A stretch of DNA of 64,000 bases, from IMG/VR virus record IMGVR_UViG_3300032053_011398, one strand, 5' to 3'. The notes beneath the pieces were generated by a model. It did no database searches, was not told the origin of the DNA, and saw nothing but the letters and a program-made list of their open reading frames with translations. How positions within the stretch are numbered: the stretch's first letter is position 1; the number at the start of each line of letters is the position of its first letter. Positions 20,165 through 29,123 of this stretch are shown in pieces. Source of the stretch: a virus. A program made the translations under genes and the position numbers.

Positions 20165-20686
20165 ATGAAAACCTGCAAGCGGTGTAGCCGGTCAAAGGAT
20201 GAGTCGGAATTTTATCCGAATCACGCCCTAAACGGTAAAATCTACCTTCAGCCGATCTGCAAAGAGTGCTCCAAGGCAGCGGCTAGAGCCTGGCAGAAAT
20301 CCAATCCAACCCGGCATAAAAAAGCTTATGAGATTAGATTTGCGAAAGACCCTGATAGCATTCGTAAACAAAAACTAAAATCACAGACAGAAAGATGCCG
20401 CAGATTGAAACTGGCTTCTTTTGCGCACTATAGCAGTAACCCACCAAAATGCGCATGTTGCGGGGAAACTCTGCTCGAATTTTTAACGATGGACCATGCT
20501 AATGGCGGCGGCAACAAACATCGTAAAAGCATTGGCCTCGGCAGGAGCATTCACGAGTGGTTACGCAAAAACAGCTATCCTGAAGGATTTAGAGTATTGT
20601 GCTATAACTGCAACTGTTCCATCGGCCACTACGGCTATTGTCCGCACCAAATCAGTCAATTTTCGGCTGTAATAACGGCTCTTTGA
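20165..20686 (+). CDS. HNH homing endonuclease
   Basis: CKRC..CKEC, CACCGE..FLTMDH..GGG, RVLCYNCN. Confidence 0.85.
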   Translation: MKTCKRCSRSKDESEFYPNHALNGKIYLQPICKECSKAAARAWQKSNPTRHKKAYEIRFAKDPDSIRKQKLKSQTERCRRLKLASFAHYSSNPPKCACCGETLLEFLTMDHANGGGNKHRKSIGLGRSIHEWLRKNSYPEGFRVLCYNCNCSIGHYGYCPHQISQFSAVITAL

Positions 20687-20927
20687 CAGGCGGTTCCCTG
20701 TATCTTTCAATCTCGATGGCTCCCTTATAGAAGTTCCAAACGTGGTCAAGAGCTTTTTCAACTAGGATCATGTCGGCCCCACGCTCGCGGAACCATTCGA
20801 CGGTCTCGTCTGGGTCAAGTTCTTCGGTATGGACTGAACCGTCCGCCTTGGGGATGTGCAGGGTGAAAAAGTCAATGAACGGCTCCCGCTTTACAAGAAC
20901 CGTCAGGGATTTGCCAATCTCGCTCAC
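20652..20927 (-). CDS. hypothetical protein
   Basis: Coupled ORF. Confidence 0.7.
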   Translation of the reverse strand: MSEIGKSLTVLVKREPFIDFFTLHIPKADGSVHTEELDPDETVEWFRERGADMILVEKALDHVWNFYKGAIEIERYREPPVKEPLLQPKID

Positions 20928-21658
20928 ATGAAGCGCCGAAAGGCACTGTAAACCGTCTTGCCGTCGCCTTCTTTGTGGTCCGGCATGAGCGAAGTGCCGG
21001 GCTGGGCCGGAGTCAAAGCCTCAGCGACTTTGACCGTGATCTCAGCCGGATTCACGTTCATTGCCGCCACGACCGATTCGGCCATCGTTTCCAGCTCTTC
21101 CGGCGCGGGGTTCTGACGGCCCAGGATCGTGTCCATCGCCCCCCTGGCACCAGCCGACATGGTTTGATGGCCCATTTGCTGGGCGGCGGCAACGGATGGC
21201 GGAGGCGTTGGGCGCTCAATGGATTTCGGCGGGGCCGGAACCTGGGACGGGTCGATCTGCTTCATGACGTTGGGCGTCACGTCCGGCGCGACCAGGGCAG
21301 CGGTCGGCTGGATCAATTCCGCGCCATCGACGTTGGCCATGAACTGTGGTTCAGCCGGGCCTTCAGCCGAGGGTAAAGGGTCGTTACGGACGCCGGGGAT
21401 GGTCTCGCCGCCGAGCGTCGTATCAACCGGCTTCGCTTCGGAGGGGATGATCGACTCGTCATCGCTCTCGGTCATGCCGATGATGCTGGCCACGACCGAA
21501 CTTTGGCGGGCCTTGGCCCGGAGTTTGTCATCGTTTTTGTCCTTCGGCGGCTGGATGCGCAACGGCAATGGACGGCGGGGCTTACCGGCCAAGACCGGTG
21601 GAACGTCCCCACTTTCGGCCACTCTGCGGCCCAAGATTTGGTCAACAAGGTTGCTCAC
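20924..21658 (-). CDS. Pro-rich hypothetical protein (possible head protein)
   Basis: Coupled ORF with LVDQILG and MDTILG repeats. Confidence 0.75.
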   Translation of the reverse strand: MSNLVDQILGRRVAESGDVPPVLAGKPRRPLPLRIQPPKDKNDDKLRAKARQSSVVASIIGMTESDDESIIPSEAKPVDTTLGGETIPGVRNDPLPSAEGPAEPQFMANVDGAELIQPTAALVAPDVTPNVMKQIDPSQVPAPPKSIERPTPPPSVAAAQQMGHQTMSAGARGAMDTILGRQNPAPEELETMAESVVAAMNVNPAEITVKVAEALTPAQPGTSLMPDHKEGDGKTVYSAFRRFM

Positions 21659-22119
21659 CGTTCAACTCCAAGGATTTGCCGGATCGGACAGCCCTGGGCG
21701 TCCTGGGGCGACTCGACCGAGGCGGGTTCAGTGGTTGCGACACCTTCGCCAGGAGGGCCTTCCTCGGCCCCCAGGGATATGTCCTGACCTTCATACTCCC
21801 CCTGCTGCTTCAGCATGATGTCCGCCATCTTGGCAAGCTCTAAGGCCCCTTCCCGGCCAATGGCAAAGACTAACTTTACGGCAGTCTCATTGTCCATTAG
21901 CAGAAACCGTGCGGTCACGTCCGGGCGGTTGCCCTGTGACCACAGGTTGGCAAGCTCATCAATCTCAGCTTCGGGTGTCGCCTCAGAATTGGATGGCTCA
22001 GCTTTTGGCGCGGAAGACTCCGGCCCTGTGATCTTCTTGGCCTTGAACTTCTTTTCCTTCTCGTCAGTGTCAGGTTTGTCATCGGCCTCGCCGAGAATCA
22101 GCTTAATGATGTCAGCCAT
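21655..22119 (-). CDS. hypothetical protein (possible head protein)
   Basis: GTAGTTA upstream; starts MADIIKLILGE. Confidence 0.75.
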   Translation of the reverse strand: MADIIKLILGEADDKPDTDEKEKKFKAKKITGPESSAPKAEPSNSEATPEAEIDELANLWSQGNRPDVTARFLLMDNETAVKLVFAIGREGALELAKMADIMLKQQGEYEGQDISLGAEEGPPGEGVATTEPASVESPQDAQGCPIRQILGVER

Positions 22120-22130
22120 ATACGCCCTAA

Positions 22131-23042
22131 CTACGCGGGCACATCGACGAAGGCATAGTGGCCAAGACTATCCACCGGGATGCCCATGCCGCTGTGGCCC
22201 CCGGCATACTTGGGCAGGCGCAGGAAGAAGGGCCGGTAGATCGGCTCCTGACCGTAACGCTTGCTGATATAGGACATGACTTCGTAGGATTCCCGATCCA
22301 GAAGCTTGCGTTCCGGCCCGCTTACGCTGCTCGCAACATCTTGGTGCCGCAGATGGGGATGCTCCAGATCGAGACAATTCTGCATTTGGCCATCCAGGTT
22401 GATCCCGCCAGCAAATCGCGCCCGGATCGTGTAATCACAGTGCTCCTCACCAAATTTTCCAAACCTAGCGTCGAAATAACCGATCTTGTCGAACACGGCG
22501 CGGGTCATCGACATCATCATGCCAGTCATCCGGGGCAACAATTTGACCATGTAGCCCCGCGAGTTGACGGTCATCCAGCGGTAGGTTTCCGGCAGGCCGG
22601 ATGCTGCCGGAGTTGCCACGGTGAAATCGCAGAAGCAGAACATGCCCACGCCCAGGTCTTCATGGCCGTGAGCGTAAAAGTTTACAAAATCTCCCAGGAC
22701 GTGGAGATCATCGTTCATGAGGCAAAGATGGTCATACTGCCCTTCTCCGAAAAGCTTCAGTATTCGATTACTATTGCCAGCCACACCCAGGTTAGTGCTG
22801 CCCAAGAAGACTCGGATGTTTGACCCTAAGTGTTTTCCATCCCACTCCTCGGCCAAAAGGTCTATCCGCGACGCCAACAACTTTGGAGTTGGACCCTTCA
22901 AAAATGTTTCCGTTCCGTCCCTTTGCCCATTATCCTCAACAATATGAATATCATAAGCCGAGCAGTGCTTTAACAGCCCAGAAAGCGTCTCTTTGAGCGC
23001 GTCAATGCGGTTGAAAGTCAGAATCGAAACAAGCGATTTCAT
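22131..23042 (-). CDS. GT2-family glycosyltransferase
   Basis: ILTFNR, IVEDNG..DGT, NLGVAGNSN, MNDD, IGYFDARFGKFGEEH. Confidence 0.88.
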   Translation of the reverse strand: MKSLVSILTFNRIDALKETLSGLLKHCSAYDIHIVEDNGQRDGTETFLKGPTPKLLASRIDLLAEEWDGKHLGSNIRVFLGSTNLGVAGNSNRILKLFGEGQYDHLCLMNDDLHVLGDFVNFYAHGHEDLGVGMFCFCDFTVATPAASGLPETYRWMTVNSRGYMVKLLPRMTGMMMSMTRAVFDKIGYFDARFGKFGEEHCDYTIRARFAGGINLDGQMQNCLDLEHPHLRHQDVASSVSGPERKLLDRESYEVMSYISKRYGQEPIYRPFFLRLPKYAGGHSGMGIPVDSLGHYAFVDVPA

Positions 23043-23422
23043 GCAGTGGGTGCAGCCTGCACAACCGAGGCAACGACGGCGGGGGCGACGGGAGTGGGGT
23101 CAGGGCTGCTGAAGAACCGCTTGAAGTTGTTCTGGATGGCGGATTTGAGTTCCTTGCCAACCTTGAAGCGGATGCCAGGGCGTGATGGGATGCGGACATC
23201 GCCCGCTTCGGGACGCTTTGGATTCCGCCCGACACGTTCCTTAGACATGCGGACTTCCCAAATGCCAAAGCCGCGAAATTCCACGCGACGGCCTGATGAT
23301 AGGGTGCTCTCGATTTGTTTGAGGAAAGCCTCAACGACGGTTTCAACGACCGCCTGCGACTGTTTGGTCGTGGCGGAGACAGCTTTGACGGCTCCGATTT
23401 TGGTTAATGTTTGATTGTTCAT
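23039..23422 (-). CDS. HU/IHF DNA-binding protein
   Basis: VEFRGFGIWEV..RVGRNP..IPSR..RFKVGKELK; start at MNNQ. Confidence 0.92.
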   Translation of the reverse strand: MNNQTLTKIGAVKAVSATTKQSQAVVETVVEAFLKQIESTLSSGRRVEFRGFGIWEVRMSKERVGRNPKRPEAGDVRIPSRPGIRFKVGKELKSAIQNNFKRFFSSPDPTPVAPAVVASVVQAAPTA

Positions 23423-23424
23423 AA

Positions 23425-23817
23425 CTATTTTTGACCTGACAAGTAAGCTACTGCTATCCGAGCAGAAGCATTGGGCAGCATGGCGATGTCCGCGTGCATT
23501 TTTAGCACGAACCACGAACATCGGAAAACCAGGGAGATGAGCCAAACCAGCTTCAGGCTGATGCTGGCCAGTAAGACTGCGAGCAACACGGTCATCCGAG
23601 GCGTGCCCTCCGGGCTGGCCGGATGAAACAGGAACCAGAACCCAGTCACGATCCAGAGCGCCAAGAGGACGATGACCATGATCCAGTCGTAGGGCGTCCA
23701 CCAGCCTGCCTCTTTAAGCGCCTGCCATTGGGTCATCGGCTTTTCGATGATGACGGTGCCCTGGGGCTGGCTGGGCGCGAGCGGTGCCCCAGTTGGAGTT
23801 GGGATTGCGTCTGCCAT
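23425..23817 (-). CDS. membrane protein with two predicted transmembrane segments
   Basis: Two hydrophobic segments. Confidence 0.75.
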   Translation of the reverse strand: MADAIPTPTGAPLAPSQPQGTVIIEKPMTQWQALKEAGWWTPYDWIMVIVLLALWIVTGFWFLFHPASPEGTPRMTVLLAVLLASISLKLVWLISLVFRCSWFVLKMHADIAMLPNASARIAVAYLSGQK

Positions 23818-23818
23818 A

Positions 23819-25330
23819 CTATGCCTGTGTAAATGTTACCTGGGCGTGCGCCCGGATAAGGTTCATCGCTTCGGCAGCGTTCAGATCGTCTGGCAAACAC
23901 CAAGAGGACCGACCGCCCTTTTTGCCTGATTCCAGCTTTAGTGACGACTTGATTTCGTCAACCGGATTGATGAAGCGCAAGCGCAGAGGAGTGGTCTGCC
24001 TGCCGATGGAAAAGATCAACTGCATCCCCTCCGTTTTGAGCCGGTCTTTGTGCCGGTAGCACGTCTCGCCCTGGTGCATTACCCGGCGAAAGTTTTCATC
24101 CAAGAAAGCCAAGATTTCCTCCTCGCGCTCCGACTCCGCGAAGGCCGCATCGTTGATTGAGAGGGTGGGACGGATGATGGGCACGCGGGCATGGCGGGAA
24201 CCGAGCAGCTTATGGCTAATGGTAATTTCACCCAGGCCGAAGTTGGATGCCTTCAGCTCGCAACCCTCACGCAACCCGCAGTTGATACAGGAGCGGTGAT
24301 GCTTCTGGAACATGATTCCAAAGCACTTGAACCTGTCATTCCTGACCTCCGGCACCGGCACCCCGCACACCCGCATAGCTTCCTTGATGCCCTCGTTATC
24401 CTTGAAGCGATCAAACTGGTGCTGAGCTGCCAGCATCAGCGCCCGCTTGCGCGTGATGTCGTCGATGGTGCGCGGAATCTGCACGCCGAAAAATTGGAGT
24501 AGAGTCGCCATCGCCGCCGTCTGGCGCGGATCATCTTCGATGTGGGTCTTCATAAACAAACACTTTTTCTTGATATGGTTGTGGCAATTTTGGAATGACT
24601 CCACGCTGATGCCCAGGGCTTCGGCCATGTGCTCGTAGCGTATGCGTATCCGCAGCGGTTTGCCGGTGCGCTGACCGCGCTCCGCGTCTTGCCGGGCATA
24701 GAACAGGGTGTCTTCGCTGGGCGATAGCAGCTCCTCCAGCACAGCCTTTTCCACCTTCTTGAGTCGGGAAGCGACATGATCGACCAACTCCGCAAAGGCC
24801 ATCGCGTCGCAACCGGAATCAATGTCGGCAACCTGGAATCCAGCGTCAGGATCGTCGATGCGGATTTCCCGTGGCTTGGTAGAGACCGGGCTGAAGTTGT
24901 TGCGTTGATCCTTGGGCGGAGGTTTGATGCCGGTGCGCTTTTCCGTGAAGCGATGCTTCTGCACCAGGCTACAAATATGGTTGCGGAGGGCCGTTTTGTA
25001 TTGCTTGAAGTATTCGACCCGGTTCCGGCAACGGTTGAGCAGGCCCCGGCTTATCATCTCGCTGGTCTTGGCCCAGCACTCGGCTATCAAGTCTTCATAG
25101 TGAAGCTCGACGCAGGACTGATCGACATAGCCTGCAACGACCTTGTTAATCAAGTTTCCCATGTCATTGACCATCTCCTCATAAACGGGCGGGCGCAACT
25201 CGGCCTCGGCGAACACGAGGAACATGCGGTTCCGAGGAGCGGCAAAGCAGCCCAGTTCAATGCAGATGGGCGCAGGTGAGTTGCCCCTGACATCAATGGC
25301 TATGTGAATCATCGTCTCCATAAACTTCAT
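23819..25330 (-). CDS. sigma-factor-like protein with Cys-rich C-terminal extension
   Basis: YEDLIAECW..YKTALRNHI (region 2-like), YEHMAEALGIS (region 4 HTH), CFG..CINC..C. Confidence 0.6.
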   Translation of the reverse strand: MKFMETMIHIAIDVRGNSPAPICIELGCFAAPRNRMFLVFAEAELRPPVYEEMVNDMGNLINKVVAGYVDQSCVELHYEDLIAECWAKTSEMISRGLLNRCRNRVEYFKQYKTALRNHICSLVQKHRFTEKRTGIKPPPKDQRNNFSPVSTKPREIRIDDPDAGFQVADIDSGCDAMAFAELVDHVASRLKKVEKAVLEELLSPSEDTLFYARQDAERGQRTGKPLRIRIRYEHMAEALGISVESFQNCHNHIKKKCLFMKTHIEDDPRQTAAMATLLQFFGVQIPRTIDDITRKRALMLAAQHQFDRFKDNEGIKEAMRVCGVPVPEVRNDRFKCFGIMFQKHHRSCINCGLREGCELKASNFGLGEITISHKLLGSRHARVPIIRPTLSINDAAFAESEREEEILAFLDENFRRVMHQGETCYRHKDRLKTEGMQLIFSIGRQTTPLRLRFINPVDEIKSSLKLESGKKGGRSSWCLPDDLNAAEAMNLIRAHAQVTFTQA

Positions 25331-26327
25331 ACTCCCCGGATCGTCGTGGGTTTAGAACTTCGACCATTTCGTGGTAAAGGTCTTGCGCGGTTCGTGCATT
25401 CTTTCCGTGGCGCTCCCCAACTTCCGCAACGGAATCAGGGTCTTTGTCCCCGATTTCTACTTCATCAAAAATCTGTTTGGCTTCGACCAGCGCGGCCAGT
25501 TGGGCGATGGTCGGAATTTTGAACCGCATACCTCCATAATTGGCGCACAAATATTTGCCATGAACGGGCCAAGTGAATGGCGTATTGGGCATGTCGAACA
25601 GGCTTACGAAGTGGGTGTAGCTGTAGGCGGCTCGAACCAGGTCTTCTTCGGTGAAGGGCACTCGGATGCGGCGATACATTTGGTCGCGCAGGGCCACGAG
25701 CGCCCAAGAATAAAAAAATTTGGCCAGCTCTATCGAGATGCCGTAGGCGTAAGCCGCGCCCTTGACCGCCGCCTGCTTGTCGTGGTCTTCCTCCAGGATA
25801 CACTCAATCAGGAAGTGGATGGCACCGATCTCCTGGGGCGTGCCCCAGCGGCAGGTCAGGTTGGCCAACTTGGCGCGAACCTCCGTCGCCATGTCATGCT
25901 TATCGACTGCGTGATCCTCGGCCCCAAAGAACTTCTCCAAATTGTCGCTGGTGACGTGGTAGCGTTTACGAAACTGGTTTACCTTTACCAGCTCGCTGCG
26001 AAAGGCATTCTTGGCACATTTACTGAACCAAGCGAACAGCTTACCCTTTTTGCGCTGCCAGCGCAGCAGCCACTTCACCACCTTCTCCTGCGCGGCGGAT
26101 ACGAGGATGTCCAGATCAACCGTGTAATGGTAACCCTCGTGCTGAGCCAGCCGCTCGAACATTTGCGTCGAACCCACAATGATCTCCTCCAAGACAAGCA
26201 TGGCCTCCGTGTGCCTGCCCAGAGAATTAAGCTCCTTCCAGCGAAGAGCCAGCGGCTCCAAGTAGCTGGCCGGGAAAATGTGTTCCCCGGCAACCGCAGG
26301 AACGACCAGTGTGGGGTTTTTGGACAT
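25293..26327 (-). CDS. sigma-factor-like protein (region 2) with Mor-like C-terminal segment
   Basis: DILVSAAQEKVVKWL..KGKLFAWFSKCAKNAFRS; YGGMRFKIP. Confidence 0.6.
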   Translation of the reverse strand: MSKNPTLVVPAVAGEHIFPASYLEPLALRWKELNSLGRHTEAMLVLEEIIVGSTQMFERLAQHEGYHYTVDLDILVSAAQEKVVKWLLRWQRKKGKLFAWFSKCAKNAFRSELVKVNQFRKRYHVTSDNLEKFFGAEDHAVDKHDMATEVRAKLANLTCRWGTPQEIGAIHFLIECILEEDHDKQAAVKGAAYAYGISIELAKFFYSWALVALRDQMYRRIRVPFTEEDLVRAAYSYTHFVSLFDMPNTPFTWPVHGKYLCANYGGMRFKIPTIAQLAALVEAKQIFDEVEIGDKDPDSVAEVGERHGKNARTAQDLYHEMVEVLNPRRSGEYEVYGDDDSHSH

Positions 26328-27130
26328 CAGGACTTGAACTTCAACGGGTCGCAGGTATCCTGGTAATCCCGAACCAACTCATCGAGTTTTTTCTGCCGGT
26401 CTTCCGCATTTGGAAAGCGTTCGTAGTGTTCACTCATGTTGAGGGCGCTCAACAGGAGAGAGTATATAGACGATTGAACGCTGTAGTGTGGATATTTCGC
26501 TGGATCAAAGTCAGGCGGCAGCTTGAGCGGTTGCTTTTCGGGCGGTAACTCACTCTCCGGCAAGGTCGATTCCTCAATCGACTTGGGAGCTGTTTCCACC
26601 GGCGATACCGGCGTTACAGCCTTGACAGGTTTGGGCGGACCAGCAACCACCTTGACCTTCTTGACCAAAACGACTGCTGGCGGCGTAAGAGGAAGATGGG
26701 GTTCCTCCCTCTTAGCCACTGGTTTTTCGGGCGGTGGAGGCGGCGGAGTTTCGACAACTTCCGGCGCAGATTTGACCTTCTTGCGCTTCGGCTCAGCCGA
26801 TGGGGCCGAAGGAGGGTGATTGGGCGCGGACATCGCTCCCCCAGGGCGGTCGCCAAGACGCATCATGACACGAGCGGCCATTCGCAGCACGTCGTTGAGC
26901 GGAACCTTGTGGGCATCTTTGCCCTCGTTATGCAAAGCTTCGGTGATTTCGACCGCTTCCTTGCTGAAAAAGACTTTTTCTCCGAAGCGCGTCTCGATGG
27001 GATATGTTTTGGGGCCAAGCCTGCCGCAGATGGCAGGCTGGCTTTCCAGAATTCCCTGCACCCGCTCATACCGCATCGAAGTCGGCAGCTTGTTCTGCGG
27101 CTTCGTTTCGTTGGTCATCGTAGTATTCAT
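26327..27130 (-). CDS. Pro/Lys-rich hypothetical protein
   Basis: Coupled ORF. Confidence 0.75.
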   Translation of the reverse strand: MNTTMTNETKPQNKLPTSMRYERVQGILESQPAICGRLGPKTYPIETRFGEKVFFSKEAVEITEALHNEGKDAHKVPLNDVLRMAARVMMRLGDRPGGAMSAPNHPPSAPSAEPKRKKVKSAPEVVETPPPPPPEKPVAKREEPHLPLTPPAVVLVKKVKVVAGPPKPVKAVTPVSPVETAPKSIEESTLPESELPPEKQPLKLPPDFDPAKYPHYSVQSSIYSLLLSALNMSEHYERFPNAEDRQKKLDELVRDYQDTCDPLKFKS

Positions 27131-27192
27131 ACGTCGCTGATTACCGATCTAGCGGGCCACTGATTTTTGTCCACACTTTTAAGTGAAAAAAG

Positions 27193-27690
27193 TTAAGCCC
27201 TCGGTTTCTGGTTCTCCGCGAACTGTTTAGCTGAGGTCTTCAATGCCTCCCGCATGTCCAAAAGGCACTCATTGTAGGCCCCAAAGTGGGCAACCGTGGC
27301 TGGAAACTCCTGAATCGTGGGTTTCCGTTTCTTCAGGACGATTTTGCCCTCCTTGTTCTTTTCCACGTTTATGGTCATGAGGGCGCGGTGTATGGCCGCG
27401 TTCTTTTTGATCTCATCCGCGTGCGTCCAAAAATAGTGGTCGCCCAGGATCAGGTAGGAGACTTCCGTCAACAGTTGAAGGACGGGTGAGAGCTTCACGC
27501 AACGGATGGCATCGGCTTCGCCGCCTGGCGGCGGAACATGCTCGCCTTCGTCGTTGGTGCGCGTCACCACCACGGAGCTGATTTTGATTTCCTGTTCACG
27601 GAGCGGATTGAACTCCACGAATCTAGTATTGTTTACAATCGCGTCCACATCTTCGGCGAACTTCTTATTGACTTCGTATTCGGTGTTCAT
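27193..27690 (-). CDS. hypothetical protein, possibly a degenerate phage metallopeptidase fold
   Basis: YLIL..FW..K.AAIHRAL..I..IQEF..V..FG. Confidence 0.5.
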   Translation of the reverse strand: MNTEYEVNKKFAEDVDAIVNNTRFVEFNPLREQEIKISSVVVTRTNDEGEHVPPPGGEADAIRCVKLSPVLQLLTEVSYLILGDHYFWTHADEIKKNAAIHRALMTINVEKNKEGKIVLKKRKPTIQEFPATVAHFGAYNECLLDMREALKTSAKQFAENQKPRA

Positions 27691-29120
27691 AGGTCATCAT
27701 CGGCGACGCCGGGTATTGGTTGTTTTCGGCTGGCGCGGGTGGGACGAGGTTCGGGGTCGGCGTCAACGGCATCCTCCTTATCTTTCGCGTCTGGCTTGTA
27801 GAACTCACTCAACCCTTCGGTCTCGTAAGCCCGGCGCATAGCTACCTCCCATAACCGCTCCAGGTCGCTGCGGTGCGCCCTATAGAAGCTGATCCATTCG
27901 TAGCGTCCGTCGATGCCGGGGTCTTTCTGACGTTTTTGTTTACCCTCCTTCGGCTCCTCCAGCGTTACGTTTTCCGCAAAGGTCGTAGTCTCGACCTTGA
28001 ATTTGCGGAACAGGAAACTGATGGAGCCGTCGTCGCGGAGTTCGGCGACCTTGAGGAAACACATCGACTCCAGAAGGCTCAGCACGTTGTGCAAACCACC
28101 CTGCTCCTCATCGAACAGCAGCACCATGCGGGCCTCACGGCCCGGCTTACGGATGCGGTTCTTGACCGTGCGAAAGCCAATCAAATAGCCAGCCGGGAAC
28201 TGTGCCTCCTTGACCAGCGTGTATTTGATCGGGATTTGGAACATAAACACCCGATGACTGGAATAGAAACCCAGTGCCTTGCCGCCAAAGGTGGAGAAGT
28301 CACCCGCCTGGGGCGTGTTAAACCGTGCCCGATAGCCGCCGCCTTGCTGGAGGTCTTTGAACTTCGTTCGCACCTGGTTGGTGAAGATCGCGGCCACGTT
28401 ATGGCGGCTGACCTCGTTGACGATGCAGCGGAAGCCCAGGCTGATCTGCTGGGCCTGACGGGGGTAATCGCGCTCGCCCCATTCGCGCTCCAGCTCTTCT
28501 TTCGAGCTGGTGCCAGCGATAGTGTCCACCAGAAAGACGCCGAAAACGATGTGCCCAGTTTGCTCCTCGGCATTATACTTCTCGCGCCCCTTGATCTTCT
28601 CGATGAATATGTCCATGGCCTGGAAAATCTGATCCACCGTGTCGCACATCATGATGGCCGTCTTCATTGTGGTGCGCTCGATGACCTCCTTACCCTCGGC
28701 GTCATAGGCCACGTCCGTAATGGTCACCTTGAACCCTTTTTCCAGGGAGTGCTCGTTATCGACATAACACTTGATGACCTCGATCTTCTCCGGTTTGACC
28801 TGTTTGACCGTGTAGATGAAGCCCTCGCGGGAGACGACTTCATAGATGTGGCCTGTCTGGAACCGGCACATGGCCCGCACCATCATCGCGGTCTTGCCGC
28901 AATTTTCCAGGCCAAACACCTCGCTGATGCGCCCAAATGGGAAACCGCCCACGATGCGGTCGTAGGAGTCAACGCCGGTCAGAAGCACATACTTTACGTC
29001 GCCTAAGATGTCCTCGTCGGACATCACAATGTCGAACGTCGCCGCCCCTTCTTTTTTGGGGCGGCAACGCAACATCGAGGCGACGAAAGACTCTGTAAGG
29101 TCTTTCGGCATCTTGGCCAT
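27687..29120 (-). CDS. recA: RecA/UvsX recombinase
   Basis: GGFPFGRISEVFGLENCGKT, YVDNEH, VDTIA, IFTNQVR, GGKALGFYSS, VKNRI. Confidence 0.93.
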   Translation of the reverse strand: MAKMPKDLTESFVASMLRCRPKKEGAATFDIVMSDEDILGDVKYVLLTGVDSYDRIVGGFPFGRISEVFGLENCGKTAMMVRAMCRFQTGHIYEVVSREGFIYTVKQVKPEKIEVIKCYVDNEHSLEKGFKVTITDVAYDAEGKEVIERTTMKTAIMMCDTVDQIFQAMDIFIEKIKGREKYNAEEQTGHIVFGVFLVDTIAGTSSKEELEREWGERDYPRQAQQISLGFRCIVNEVSRHNVAAIFTNQVRTKFKDLQQGGGYRARFNTPQAGDFSTFGGKALGFYSSHRVFMFQIPIKYTLVKEAQFPAGYLIGFRTVKNRIRKPGREARMVLLFDEEQGGLHNVLSLLESMCFLKVAELRDDGSISFLFRKFKVETTTFAENVTLEEPKEGKQKRQKDPGIDGRYEWISFYRAHRSDLERLWEVAMRRAYETEGLSEFYKPDAKDKEDAVDADPEPRPTRASRKQPIPGVADDDL

Positions 29121-29123
29121 AGG

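Noticed and set aside
23423-23701. N-terminal extension of the HU ORF in the track
   Set aside because: Overlaps the upstream membrane protein; the HU domain starts at 23422 right after ATAGTT
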